Shown: positions 1 through 10,333 of the stretch, piece by piece
Layout of the letters: the number at the start of each line of letters is the position of its first letter
Position numbering within the stretch: the first letter of the stretch is position 1
Assembly: GCA_019058245.1 (NCBI GenBank)
Contig: JAHPZJ010000028.1
Coordinates: 160,403-224,402 of the forward strand
Length of the DNA: 64,000 nucleotides
DNA from: Promethearchaeota archaeon
Lineage (GTDB): Archaea > Asgardarchaeota > Lokiarchaeia > Sigyniarchaeales > SOKP01
Direction: 5' to 3'
Position numbers and translations under genes: made by a program
Notes under the pieces: generated by a model
What the model saw: only the letters and a program-made list of their open reading frames with translations
Told to the model about the DNA's origin: nothing
The model's database searches: none

Positions 1-1
1 G

Positions 2-289
2 GGTCATATGACAATCTATCTGACTAGAACAGATGAAGATAACTTTTGGAAACGACCTTTTCCCTCAAAAATCCTCTTAATTGCCTGTGAATCAACTCAA
101 GTGGTTGCTACAATAATTGCTGCTGTAGGTCTAGGTAATTTAATGTCACCAATCGGTTGGGCTTTGGCAGGCTTTATTTGGTTGTTTGCTTTTATTGCAT
201 TTGTTGGCAATAACTTTCTAAAGGTTGGAACGTTAAAATTGTTGAATAGAAGATCTGCTAAAAAAAAAGATTTCAGACTAAAGAATTGA
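2..289 (+). CDS. C-terminal end of a plasma-membrane-type (P3A) proton-efflux P-type ATPase, truncated by window start
   Basis: GHMTIYLTRT..FWKRPFPSKILL..TQVVATIIA..G..MSPIGW..AGFIW resembles the last TM helices of H+-ATPases; the frame is open to the window edge. Confidence 0.75.
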   Translation, partial: GHMTIYLTRTDEDNFWKRPFPSKILLIACESTQVVATIIAAVGLGNLMSPIGWALAGFIWLFAFIAFVGNNFLKVGTLKLLNRRSAKKKDFRLKN

Positions 290-396
290 AATTTAGAAAT
301 TGAAATTTAGAGTTTAATAACACATTTCCTTTTTTTTTATGATTTTTAATCTAAATATGAACTAAATTAATTTTATCTAAAAAAAAAGTTGAAAAA

Positions 397-873
397 TTAT
401 TTTCTAATAATTAGGATATCACAGGGTACATGTCTTAAAACTTTCTCTGCAACAGAACCAAGTAAGATTTCTTCTAAAATAGAATGAGTACCTTTACTCC
501 CAATAATAACGAGATCAATATTTTCTTCCTTTACTGTTTTTATAATGTAAGATACTGGTCCATCTGAAAAAACTAACCTACCTTCAATTTGTATTCCTTC
601 TTCTAAAAAGATTTCTTTAGCTCTATCTATAATAGCTTGAGCATTTAATTCATATACTTCTTTTATTCTTTTTATATCAGGATCTGAAATCCTGTAGATA
701 TGAGGTATGGCAAATGATGGTGCCATAAACATTCCATTTGGTTCTGCATGATGTTCTACTGAATGAAATACAATCACTTCACAATTACTTGATTTTTGAA
801 TATCTATTGATTTTAATAAAGCCTTATAAGAAAGTTCTGATCCATCAATACCAATTAATATTTTTTTATAGAT
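397..873 (-). CDS. Universal stress protein (UspA family), probable ATC start
   Basis: C-term DLVIIGSKG...LLGSVAEKVLRHVPCDILII. The frame extends 32 codons upstream of the GTG at 777 to give (M)YKKILIGIDGSELS, preceded by AGGTGA. Confidence 0.9.
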   Translation of the reverse strand: MYKKILIGIDGSELSYKALLKSIDIQKSSNCEVIVFHSVEHHAEPNGMFMAPSFAIPHIYRISDPDIKRIKEVYELNAQAIIDRAKEIFLEEGIQIEGRLVFSDGPVSYIIKTVKEENIDLVIIGSKGTHSILEEILLGSVAEKVLRHVPCDILIIRK

Positions 874-989
874 AATAAATCACCTTATTGAACTTTTATT
901 ACTAAAAACAAATAAACTTCTATTAAAGAATATTGTTTATAATTTTTAAAAAAAACAAAAAATATTTAGTATTATAGAAATGAAATAAA

Positions 990-2270
990 TTGATCATGAT
1001 TAATAAAAAAGAATCTCAGGAAAATTCTAGTTTAAACAAAGAAAGATTTCTCAATTATATAAATACTTTTGACTTTCCGAGATTAGCTGGAACTGAAGGA
1101 GAGAAAAAAGCTGTTAATCTAACAATAACAACTTTCAAAGAAAAAGATTTTAATAAGGATCAAATTTTTACCCAAAATTTTGATTTCTCAACATTTTATT
1201 CAACATCTATGATGAAAATAATCATTCTAATGAATTTAATCTTTATAGCAATTATTTATTTAATAAAATATTTGTATCCCTTTCTAACTTTTTTTTCTAT
1301 CTTGATTTTATTATTAATTTTTTTTTCTATGCTTAAAGTATTAAAACATCCTGAGCTTAAGGGGTTCTGGGAAAAATATTTTGGACATTTCGTTAGTGCT
1401 ACAAATGTTTTTGTAAAAATACCTGCTACTAACGTGTCATCTCAAAAAATAGGAAATATAATAGTTTCAGCTCATTTAGATTCGAAATCTCAATCTTTTA
1501 AAACTATATGGAGGGTAATTTTAATTAGAATATGGTTATATAGCGAAATTTTCTTGTTTTTGTTTTATATCTTCTTTTTAATAGATTACCATTTTTATGT
1601 GCAAATAAATAGAATTTTAGAAATTTTATGGGAAATTTCTATTATTATTGGAACAATTTTGACAGTTGCTTCAAATGTCTTTTTATTATTTCTTAATATT
1701 AAAAATGATTCACCAGGCTCCTTAGATAACGCTACTGGTATGGCAATTGTATTTGAGTTGAGTTCTTTTTTTAAAAGTAATCCACTTCATAATTTTAATT
1801 TATGGTTTTGTCAATTTTCAGCAGAAGAGATAGGAACAATGGGTTCTAGAGAATTTTTAGATATGTATGATAAGAAATTTACTAAAAATTATACTTATCA
1901 AATTAATTTTGATATGGTTTCAATAGCCAATAATAAGAGTAATTTTATAGAATATATCAAATCTTATGGCATTGTTCCAAGGAAAAAAATTTCACCAATA
2001 TTAAGTCAATATTTTATTAATTCAGCTGAAATTGAAAGGGTGAATTATCATGGATTTCATGTTGCTCTTGGTGCCCATACAGATTCAATACCCTTTCATT
2101 TACGAAAATTTGATTCTATTGATATCACTACGAGAGCTGCAGCAAAATATACCCATAGTGCAGAAGATACTCCAGATAAAGTAGATCCCCAAATTCTCTT
2201 TGAGGTTTATAAGGTTGTTCGATTATTGATACAATCAATTGATAAAGACTATAATAAATTGATTAAATAA
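990..2270 (+). CDS. M28-family membrane metallopeptidase
   Basis: PRLAGTEGE, SAHLDS, GSLDNATG, AEEIG, HTD and YTHSAEDT motifs, with TM segments. Confidence 0.85.
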   Translation: MIMINKKESQENSSLNKERFLNYINTFDFPRLAGTEGEKKAVNLTITTFKEKDFNKDQIFTQNFDFSTFYSTSMMKIIILMNLIFIAIIYLIKYLYPFLTFFSILILLLIFFSMLKVLKHPELKGFWEKYFGHFVSATNVFVKIPATNVSSQKIGNIIVSAHLDSKSQSFKTIWRVILIRIWLYSEIFLFLFYIFFLIDYHFYVQINRILEILWEISIIIGTILTVASNVFLLFLNIKNDSPGSLDNATGMAIVFELSSFFKSNPLHNFNLWFCQFSAEEIGTMGSREFLDMYDKKFTKNYTYQINFDMVSIANNKSNFIEYIKSYGIVPRKKISPILSQYFINSAEIERVNYHGFHVALGAHTDSIPFHLRKFDSIDITTRAAAKYTHSAEDTPDKVDPQILFEVYKVVRLLIQSIDKDYNKLIK

Positions 2271-2292
2271 ATCTATATAGTTTAGTTTTTCT

Positions 2293-4032
2293 TTAAATGT
2301 GAAGTAAACGCACAATAGAGCCAAATCCTAATATCGTTGAGACTACTGAGCCAAAGAATATTTGAACAATTATAAAAGAACTTATCATAACAGAACTGAA
2401 TTTATTAGTTCTTTCATAGATAATTGAGTTCATTACCATAACTGCTAAAAATATTAAATAGGTAACAAGCATCCCACTGATAAGAAATAATGTATTGGAA
2501 AAATAAATTAGTATAAAAATATTAATCATTTCCATTAATGATGTAATTATTGTTTTATTCGATGGAGATATTATAAATTTGAGATTAGGATAAATAATTT
2601 TTCTATAAAAGATCTCCATGGCTAAATAAAATGGATAAATACTAAAAGTTAAAATATATGACAAAAAATTTCTTGGAGAAAAAAATGCGAAAGGATAGGA
2701 AAGTGATAGAGCAATATAAAGTGATAAAAATATAAAAGAGGCAAACAATGAAAACAAAATAACATTTTTGTGAAACTGCGATTTAATTTCGTCTTTCAAC
2801 CTTAATTCTATGTATGTAGCTATTTTTTCACCTTTAACTTCAGCAGTAATTATATATTTTATTATTATATATAGAAAATACAATAAAAGGATAAGAATAG
2901 GAGTAACAAGCAATCCAAGTATTCCTATCGTTTTTAACATAGATATCCAAAGAGTTAGAAAACCTATAAAGTATAAACAGACTATAATAACACTCTTTTT
3001 ATTTGAATTTTTTTTTGTTTTATCACTATTCTTTATTTCATAATCCTTTTTTGAATAATCTTTAATTGAAAAATATTTAAATGAATATTTTATGATTGAT
3101 AAAGTCGTTAAAAATAATCCTATAAAGCTTAAACCTAGTAAAATGTAAGTTATCTGGTAGGATAAGTTAATAGGCCCATTATTTGTTTCGGAATGGAAAA
3201 AATTTAATTCAAACCATTTTATTGTTTCAATAATTACTTCATCTGAAAATAAATAGTGGGGGCCTCCAAATAAATGGTTTTTAATTTCTAATAGTTTACA
3301 ATTTGTTAAGTTTTTCGCGACTAAGGCATTTTTTTCAAAGGGAACTGTTGTATCATAAATGGATTGAATAACCAATAAATTAGTTGGATTATTTTCATTA
3401 ATGATTTTGGTGGGTATAAAATCCATAAATGGATGATCTTCAGTAATTCCAAAATAAGACGCAGAAAAGTTAACTAGACCTGCCCAAGTAACGGTTGTCT
3501 TAAATCTATCATCCATTGCACTATTCATTAAAACCACCATACCCCCTAATGAATGCCCAATTAATCCAATTTGAGATATATTTATCCTTGCAAAAAAAGA
3601 CATTTGTGATAACTTATCTAAAAATCTAGAACAATCTTGAGCTATAGCAGGAACATTCGTCTGGTTCATATAAGGATTTGGGTTTATCTCCAAAATGTGA
3701 CCCCCACTTTCTCCCTCGCCTCTATAGTCGATACTTGCAACATAAAATCCTCTTTTAGTAAATTCATTGGGTATTCTCGGATCTAAATCTCTTTGACTAC
3801 CTAATCCATGAGCAAAGATTATCAATGGGGATTTTTGCTGAAACTGCAATTTTTTTGTCGGATGGTAAAGATTTGCATAAAGAGTGCTATTATATGATTT
3901 AAAAGTTATCCTCTCGTAAAATATATAACTTTCAGATCTTAAAGCAAATAAAGAACTTACAGAAATCATAAAAAATATAATTGAAGATATCAAAAACCAA
4001 TGATGTTTCCACATTATTTTCTTTTTAATCAT
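2293..4032 (-). CDS. Alpha/beta-fold hydrolase with multi-pass membrane C-terminus
   Basis: FAHGLG, DYRGEGES, GHSLGG nucleophile elbow, DTTVP, H; several C-terminal hydrophobic helices. Confidence 0.8.
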   Translation of the reverse strand: MIKKKIMWKHHWFLISSIIFFMISVSSLFALRSESYIFYERITFKSYNSTLYANLYHPTKKLQFQQKSPLIIFAHGLGSQRDLDPRIPNEFTKRGFYVASIDYRGEGESGGHILEINPNPYMNQTNVPAIAQDCSRFLDKLSQMSFFARINISQIGLIGHSLGGMVVLMNSAMDDRFKTTVTWAGLVNFSASYFGITEDHPFMDFIPTKIINENNPTNLLVIQSIYDTTVPFEKNALVAKNLTNCKLLEIKNHLFGGPHYLFSDEVIIETIKWFELNFFHSETNNGPINLSYQITYILLGLSFIGLFLTTLSIIKYSFKYFSIKDYSKKDYEIKNSDKTKKNSNKKSVIIVCLYFIGFLTLWISMLKTIGILGLLVTPILILLLYFLYIIIKYIITAEVKGEKIATYIELRLKDEIKSQFHKNVILFSLFASFIFLSLYIALSLSYPFAFFSPRNFLSYILTFSIYPFYLAMEIFYRKIIYPNLKFIISPSNKTIITSLMEMINIFILIYFSNTLFLISGMLVTYLIFLAVMVMNSIIYERTNKFSSVMISSFIIVQIFFGSVVSTILGFGSIVRLLHI

Positions 4033-4431
4033 ATAATTAATACATCAGGAATTATTGCTATTTTTCTAATTTTATTTATGTTAGATACAATTTAATAATC
4101 TTTTAGATTAGAATTTAAAAAAAAATAATGCAACTTAAAAAAATTAAATGATTATTTTATAAAAATATCTTTTCTAGTTTAAGAAATTTCAGAATAAATA
4201 TTCATTTATTAATTGAATTTTAGTTTTAATAGAAATAATTCAACAAATTCTCGCTAATCTTATTATTTATTATTTAAATTCTAATTTGAGATTAAAAATA
4301 TAGAACAATTGACCATTTCGTTTATATAATGTTATTATGGCAGTAATTTTCTTTATAATTTGTAAAGAGTATCTTTATCAACCATGTTTTTTCTATATTG
4401 ATCAATAAACGATATTGAGAGAAGCTGATAT

Positions 4432-4524
4432 ATGTTGTATAATAAAATTTTAGTAGCTGTTGAAGAATCAAAGGATGCAATAGATGCGTAGAAAATAGAA
4501 GTTATAGTTCTGTTGTTTAATTAA
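4432..4524 (+). pseudogene. Remnant of a universal stress protein gene
   Basis: Translates as MLYNKILVAVEESKDAIDA*KIEVIVLLFN*, matching a USP N-terminus (compare YKKILIGIDGS...EVIVFH at 397..873). Confidence 0.55.
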
Positions 4525-4562
4525 ATAATATGAATAAGTATTTAATTGCAAGTATGATTTAA

Positions 4563-5678
4563 ATGAAAATTGGAAAGATAAAAGGAATTGTTATTTCATT
4601 ACATATAAGTACTTTACTCATTATTGGGTTAGTAGGTTTTTATGCTGCTGATTTTTATGCTACTCTAACTCAAGAAAGTAATATTTTTAATTTAATAATA
4701 GTTGGTTTAATCAATGGGTTAATTATTTTATTTTCAATTCTGATTCATGAGTTAACACATTCTTTAATTGCTCAAAAATATGGGTTAAAAGTTTCAGAAA
4801 TTGAATTATATCTATTTGGAGGAGTTTCTAAAATAGAACAAGAGCCTAATAATCCAAAGAGTGAGTTAGTTATTTCTATTTTTGGTCCAATCTCCAGTTT
4901 ATTGATTGGTGCTATTTTTTTAGCTACTTTATTTTTAATACCATTCCGTATTAATGCTATTCTTATAGTAACTCTTTTGTATTCTGGAATAACTAATATT
5001 GGATTAGGAATATTTAATCTGATTCCAGCATATCCTATTGATGGTGGAAGGGTACTACGAGCAATACTATGGAATAAAAGACATGATATGCTTTCTGCTA
5101 CGAAAACAGCATCAAAAGTTGGACATTATATTGCATATGGATTAATGGGATATGGATTTATATCAATGCTTTTCTTTGGCTTACTAAATGGTTTATGGTT
5201 AGTAATTATTGCTTCATTTTTAAATAATCAGTCAAGACATGCGTATATTCAAACTTTAAATGAATTTACTTTGTCGAAACTAAGTGTTAAACAGTTGATA
5301 AGATTTCCCGAAGTTGCAATTCCATTTAACAAAACTGTAAGTGAAGCAATTCAGAATTATTTTATTCCATATAATAAAATATATTTTCCAGTTATACAGG
5401 GAGAAAATATAGTTGGTATTATACATCTTGAAGATATAAAAAGGGTTTCAATAAGTCAGAGGGATGAAATAATTGTAGGGTATTTGATGAAAAAAATATC
5501 TCAATTCCCAACACTCAGTCAGAATAAAACAGGAAAGGATGCTTTAATAGAATTAAAGAAAATGAAAGATAGACCACATTTAGTAATTATTAAAGATAAT
5601 ATTCAAAATAATATTATTGGCTATATAGGCGAAGATGATATTCTAACATCTCTAAAATTTTTTCAAAATAACATTTAG
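4563..5678 (+). CDS. Site-2 protease (M50) with C-terminal CBS pair
   Basis: HELTH zinc motif, FGGVS, FNLIPAYPIDGGRVLR; CBS-like FPVIQGENIVGII. Confidence 0.9.
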   Translation: MKIGKIKGIVISLHISTLLIIGLVGFYAADFYATLTQESNIFNLIIVGLINGLIILFSILIHELTHSLIAQKYGLKVSEIELYLFGGVSKIEQEPNNPKSELVISIFGPISSLLIGAIFLATLFLIPFRINAILIVTLLYSGITNIGLGIFNLIPAYPIDGGRVLRAILWNKRHDMLSATKTASKVGHYIAYGLMGYGFISMLFFGLLNGLWLVIIASFLNNQSRHAYIQTLNEFTLSKLSVKQLIRFPEVAIPFNKTVSEAIQNYFIPYNKIYFPVIQGENIVGIIHLEDIKRVSISQRDEIIVGYLMKKISQFPTLSQNKTGKDALIELKKMKDRPHLVIIKDNIQNNIIGYIGEDDILTSLKFFQNNI

Positions 5679-6110
5679 AGAAAATAAATTCCTTCCGTGA
5701 GAAAAAATAATTACTCTTTATACTACTAATATGTTTTATAATAAGAATTTATTATTTGAAATGGTTTAACGCTATTTATAACATTCTTAAGATTTTTATA
5801 TTTCTTTCTATAGTTTATAAAAACTACACTAAAAACTTATTTTTCAAATTGTTTCTATATGTAATTCTTCTGGTGTAAAGTAGAGATTTATTAATCTCAA
5901 CTGCGAAATTAGTAGTTTGCTAAAACTTTCATATATTGATATCATGTAATTTAATAAAATTTAGATTTATAAGCAATATTAATAAATTTATTAAAAATGA
6001 TAAAAAAAAGAATTTTATTTTTTCAATTTATTAAAAGTAAGCTTATATAGTCATTTCTCTGTTCTACTAATAGAGTTATTTGTTCACAATTAAAAATAAT
6101 GAGGTGAAAA

Positions 6111-6551
6111 ATAATAATAATTTTATTAGATAGAATATCACTCCATGAATATTCAGCCTCTATTACAACTTATAATCTACAGAACGGTGGAACATTTTCA
6201 GCTGATCTTACAGTAATTCTCGTCTTTCTTCTGATTTGGTTTACCTGTGGATCAATTTTAGCATATTGGGTAAAAAGTGATATGAGAAAGAGAAATCTAG
6301 AAAATAGCTATATGATTTTCTTAATTGTATTAACTAGTTTAATTGGGTTTACATTTTATATAATCTCCACTCGTGGTGATAATGAAGTAGAATTTTTGGA
6401 ACAAGTTGAGAATTTCCCGGATATTGATGAATTTATTAAAGATGAGTTAGAAATAGAATTTCAAGATGAAATTGAAGAAATTAACGAAGAAGAACTTGAA
6501 GATATTATTGAAACAATTATAGAAGTTCCTGAAATTAGAATATTATACTAA
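6111..6551 (+). CDS. Small membrane protein (PLDc_N-like hairpin plus acidic tail), probable ATA start at 6111 or 6114
   Basis: Frame is open 57 codons upstream of ATG 6282 and adds a TM helix LIWFTCGSILAYWVKSD(MRKR); GAGGTGA at 6101 contains the in-frame TGA. Confidence 0.65.
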   Translation: MIIILLDRISLHEYSASITTYNLQNGGTFSADLTVILVFLLIWFTCGSILAYWVKSDMRKRNLENSYMIFLIVLTSLIGFTFYIISTRGDNEVEFLEQVENFPDIDEFIKDELEIEFQDEIEEINEEELEDIIETIIEVPEIRILY

Positions 6552-6575
6552 ATCATAAAATACAATAGATTTAAA

Positions 6576-7817
6576 TTAAACTTTATAATTTATTACTGTT
6601 TTTTTTAATAATTTTATGTAATCCATTAGATGTCGTGTCATTAAAAAATTATTTTTAACATGCTCTCTTCCTGCTTTTCCTATTTTTTCAGCTAGATTAG
6701 GATTTTCTAATAATTTCAAAACGCTCTCGGCACATTCTTCTATATTATTTACTAAATATCCCGTTTTACCATCAATAATTTGTTGTGGGATGCCTCCTAC
6801 ATTTCCTCCTACAACTGGTGTGCCTTTCCATAAGGCTTCACTAACAGTTAAAGCAAAGCCTTCTCTAATTGATTTTTGAATAACAACCTTTGAGATTGTT
6901 TGCAGCGTATTTACTAGTAAACTACTTTCAGCAGTACTTATAATGATATCTGGTTCATTTTTAATATGTTTTAATAATTCCTCATAAATTTTTTGTCCCT
7001 CTGGATCATCTTGAGCCATATTCCCTAACAATATCAATTTACAATCGAATTCTTTTTTTATTATTTTAAATGCTTTTACTACTCCAATAGGGTCTTTCCA
7101 TTTATCAAATCTGGAAATTTGAGTAATTATAGGTTTATCATTTTTAATGCCATACTTTCTAAGATAATGAGTAAGTCTTTTTTGACTTAATTTCTTATTC
7201 TTATCATTAAAAGGATTAATAGAGGGCATTATAATTTCCTGAGGTAGATTAACAATTTGTTTGTATTTTTCTTCAGATACAATCATTGCATCATATTTAT
7301 TAATGAATTTTGAGATAAAATTCCAAACAATTGGATTTCTATTACTAAGATCTATATGGCATCTCCAAATCCAAGGTTGTCTTTTTCTATAAAAATTAAT
7401 AATTGGTAATGGTTGTGGGTCATGGATTATTACACAATCTTTATCACTTAATTGATTAAAAATGGAATTTCTTCGATTAACTTCAAGATATATTCTTTTT
7501 CTCTTACCTGATAGACTTTTTTCAGCACCTTGTAAAGCATTGTGAATTATTTTTGTTGTTGTAAAGAATTCTGGACTTCCTTTAATTTGATGCCATTCTG
7601 TATCAATCCCTAATTCATTCATCATTATTATCAAATCATTTAATATTTCAACGACACCACCACCATATAAAGTAGAATTTACATGAACAATTTTTTTATT
7701 AAATAGAGGTTTAGATTCCTCGATTAAATCATTAATATAATCAAAACCAACTATTTGAGAGAATTGTTTTAATAGTATTTCATTTCCATTAAATTTCTCT
7801 AAATTTTTTGAATACAT
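6576..7817 (-). CDS. treT: Trehalose synthase TreT-like GT4 glycosyltransferase
   Basis: HVNSTLYGGGVVEIL, IHNALQG, HDPQPLP, WRCHID, QISRFDKWKDP, EGFALTVSEALWKG. Confidence 0.88.
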   Translation of the reverse strand: MYSKNLEKFNGNEILLKQFSQIVGFDYINDLIEESKPLFNKKIVHVNSTLYGGGVVEILNDLIIMMNELGIDTEWHQIKGSPEFFTTTKIIHNALQGAEKSLSGKRKRIYLEVNRRNSIFNQLSDKDCVIIHDPQPLPIINFYRKRQPWIWRCHIDLSNRNPIVWNFISKFINKYDAMIVSEEKYKQIVNLPQEIIMPSINPFNDKNKKLSQKRLTHYLRKYGIKNDKPIITQISRFDKWKDPIGVVKAFKIIKKEFDCKLILLGNMAQDDPEGQKIYEELLKHIKNEPDIIISTAESSLLVNTLQTISKVVIQKSIREGFALTVSEALWKGTPVVGGNVGGIPQQIIDGKTGYLVNNIEECAESVLKLLENPNLAEKIGKAGREHVKNNFLMTRHLMDYIKLLKKTVINYKV

Positions 7818-7854
7818 ACACTTTTACCCAAATTTTATTCATATTATTATTTTA

Positions 7855-10050
7855 TTAAGATAATTTACTTAATCCTTTTAATAAATTTCTAGAATCTTGA
7901 ACTGAAAATAGATTGTATTTAGCACTGCTTCTTTCAAGTCCAATTCTTATTGAATATGTAGTTTTAGGAGCTATATTAAACATATCCTCATCAGTTTTAT
8001 CATCTCCTAAAATTAAAATAAAATCCCATTCTTCTTTAAATAATGTAGTTGAGATCGCATGTCCTTTATTTATCATAGCACTTTTTACTTCTACTACTTT
8101 ATTTCCATCTAATACATTTAAATCAGTATTATAACAATAGTTCTCTAATATATTGATTAATTCTCTTGATCTAACATTACCTAAATCAAATTCTGCTTTT
8201 CTATAATGCCAAGCTAGACTATATTCTTTTTCTTCAATGAAGGAACCTGGTGTTCTGTATGTAAATTTCTCTAGGATCGGGAGTATATTATCTTTCCATT
8301 CAGTCATTAAGATTTCAACCATTTTCCATTCTTTGTTTAGTTTTTTAGTCCAAATTCCATGTTCTGCGATTAACTCGATATTAATATCTTTAAACCAAAT
8401 ATCTAATGTCTGTTTATCTCGTCCACTTACAATTATTACTTTATTCCTTTTATCGTTACTAATTTTTTTAAGAGTATTTAGGATTTCATCATCTGGTCTT
8501 GCGTGATCAGGATTCTTATAGAATTGTACTAAAGTACCATCATAATCTAAAATTATTAATCTTTTCTTGCTATTTTCATAGTCTTTTAAAAGATTTTCTT
8601 TAGATGTGGAAGATAAAAGTCTTAAGGTTTTATCTTGAGGTATAATTTTAGTTTCCTTAAGATTTTCAATAAAATCTTCAGCCCATCTTATAACATCATA
8701 ATTTTCAATCCGTTTTTGCATTTTTAATATTTTTCTTTTTTTACGTTCTTCTGGCATTTCAATTGCTTCCTTTAAAGCTTCAACGATTTGTTTTCTATTA
8801 TTTGTATTAATGATAATTGATTCATATAATTCTTTTGCGGCTCCTGCAGTTTCACTTAAAATTAATACACCATTTCCGTCAACTTTTGAAGAAATATATT
8901 CTTTTGCTATAAGATTCATACCATCTCTTATAGGGGTAATGAGTGCTACATCAGCTATTCGATATAAAGATATTAATTGTTCTAAAGATAAAGGGCGATG
9001 GATATACAATATTGGATTCCATTCAATAGTACTAAATCGTCCATTTATTTTTCCTACAAGTTCATCAATATCACTTTTTAAAACTTGATATTCCTCTACT
9101 TTTGATCTAGATGGTGCAATCACAAAAATTAAAATAATCTTTTCTTGATAATTAGGATAAGATTTTAAAAACAATTCATAAGACAAGAGTCTCTCTAAAA
9201 TACCCTTGGTATAATCCAATCTATCTAATGATAGAATAATTTTTCGTTCTCCTATTTCTTCTTTGATTCTTTGGCTTTCATTTAAAATTTCTGAACTTTG
9301 AGCTGTATTATGATATTTTTTATAATCAATTCCCATAGGGAAGCAATCTACTTTTATTGTTCTCCCTTGTAAATAAATTTTATTCATTTTTATATCCAAT
9401 CCTAAAATTCGATGAGTACTGCTTAAAAAATGCCTTTCATAATCATACGTGTGAAAACCTAGTAAGTCTGAACCTAAAAGACCTTCAAGAATTTCTTCTC
9501 GCCAAGGAATTAAACGAAAAATTTCATAAGAAGGGAATGGAATATGTAAAAAAAAACCGATAGTAGAGTCGTGGATACTCTGTTTTATAAGATTAGGTAA
9601 TAGCATTAAATGATAGTCATGGACCCAAATAATATCATTTTGACGAAAAATTTGTAAAATTATTTTATGAAATTTTTTATTAATTGATTTATATGCTTCC
9701 CATAATTTATCATCAAAAGTAGTATATTGTATAAAGTAATGAAAAAGAGGCCAAATTGTTATATTACAAAAACCAGCATAAAATTCATCAATTTCCTTTT
9801 TTTTAAGGAATACGGGATAGAAATTAAATTTAGATATTAATTCTTTTTCTATTTCTTCTTTTTTATCTTCAATTAATTCTAATTCAATCCCAGGCCAACC
9901 TATCCAAATGCTGTTATGAGTTTTATGAAAAGAGCTCAATCCTGTAGTTAATCCTCCTAAGCTTCTTTTAAAAATGACCTTATCATTTTCTATTTTAATA
10001 GTTACAGGTAATCTGTTTGAAATAAAAATTAATTTATTTTTATTAGTCAT
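7855..10050 (-). CDS. Bifunctional trehalose-6-phosphate synthase/phosphatase (fused TPS-TPP)
   Basis: SNRLP, WPLFHY, WVHDYHL, GFFLHIPFPS, DRLDYTKG, DGMNL; C-terminal HAD domain LDYDGTL, SGR, GDDKTDED. Confidence 0.95.
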   Translation of the reverse strand: MTNKNKLIFISNRLPVTIKIENDKVIFKRSLGGLTTGLSSFHKTHNSIWIGWPGIELELIEDKKEEIEKELISKFNFYPVFLKKKEIDEFYAGFCNITIWPLFHYFIQYTTFDDKLWEAYKSINKKFHKIILQIFRQNDIIWVHDYHLMLLPNLIKQSIHDSTIGFFLHIPFPSYEIFRLIPWREEILEGLLGSDLLGFHTYDYERHFLSSTHRILGLDIKMNKIYLQGRTIKVDCFPMGIDYKKYHNTAQSSEILNESQRIKEEIGERKIILSLDRLDYTKGILERLLSYELFLKSYPNYQEKIILIFVIAPSRSKVEEYQVLKSDIDELVGKINGRFSTIEWNPILYIHRPLSLEQLISLYRIADVALITPIRDGMNLIAKEYISSKVDGNGVLILSETAGAAKELYESIIINTNNRKQIVEALKEAIEMPEERKKRKILKMQKRIENYDVIRWAEDFIENLKETKIIPQDKTLRLLSSTSKENLLKDYENSKKRLIILDYDGTLVQFYKNPDHARPDDEILNTLKKISNDKRNKVIIVSGRDKQTLDIWFKDINIELIAEHGIWTKKLNKEWKMVEILMTEWKDNILPILEKFTYRTPGSFIEEKEYSLAWHYRKAEFDLGNVRSRELINILENYCYNTDLNVLDGNKVVEVKSAMINKGHAISTTLFKEEWDFILILGDDKTDEDMFNIAPKTTYSIRIGLERSSAKYNLFSVQDSRNLLKGLSKLS

Positions 10051-10126
10051 TTAATCACTTGAAGAGTTCTTTTTATTATTATAATATAATTTTTTATTTC
10101 ATATGAAAAAATTTCATGCTTATATT

Positions 10127-10333
10127 TTATTTTTTATCCCAATTTCTCATCTTTTCTAAATTTTTGAATTCTTCTCCTGGTGGATGATATATCTCCTTAG
10201 TTGATATATAAGAGTCTTTTATTTCATCCAGTAATGGCAATTCTTTACTACATGAATTACAAATTAGAATATTTTTAATATTTTTTTTACCTGGTCCTAA
10301 AAGTCCACCACATTTTTCGCAAAATTCAACTAT
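10127..10333 (-). CDS. 68-aa zinc-ribbon protein resembling the N-terminal ribbon of TFS/RpoM; absent from ORF track, probable ATA start
   Basis: Manual translation (M)VEFCEKCGGLLGPGKKNIKNILICNSCSKELPLLDEIKDSYISTKEIYHPPGEEFKNLEKMRNWDKK*, with two CxxC pairs. Confidence 0.75.
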   Translation of the reverse strand: MVEFCEKCGGLLGPGKKNIKNILICNSCSKELPLLDEIKDSYISTKEIYHPPGEEFKNLEKMRNWDKK

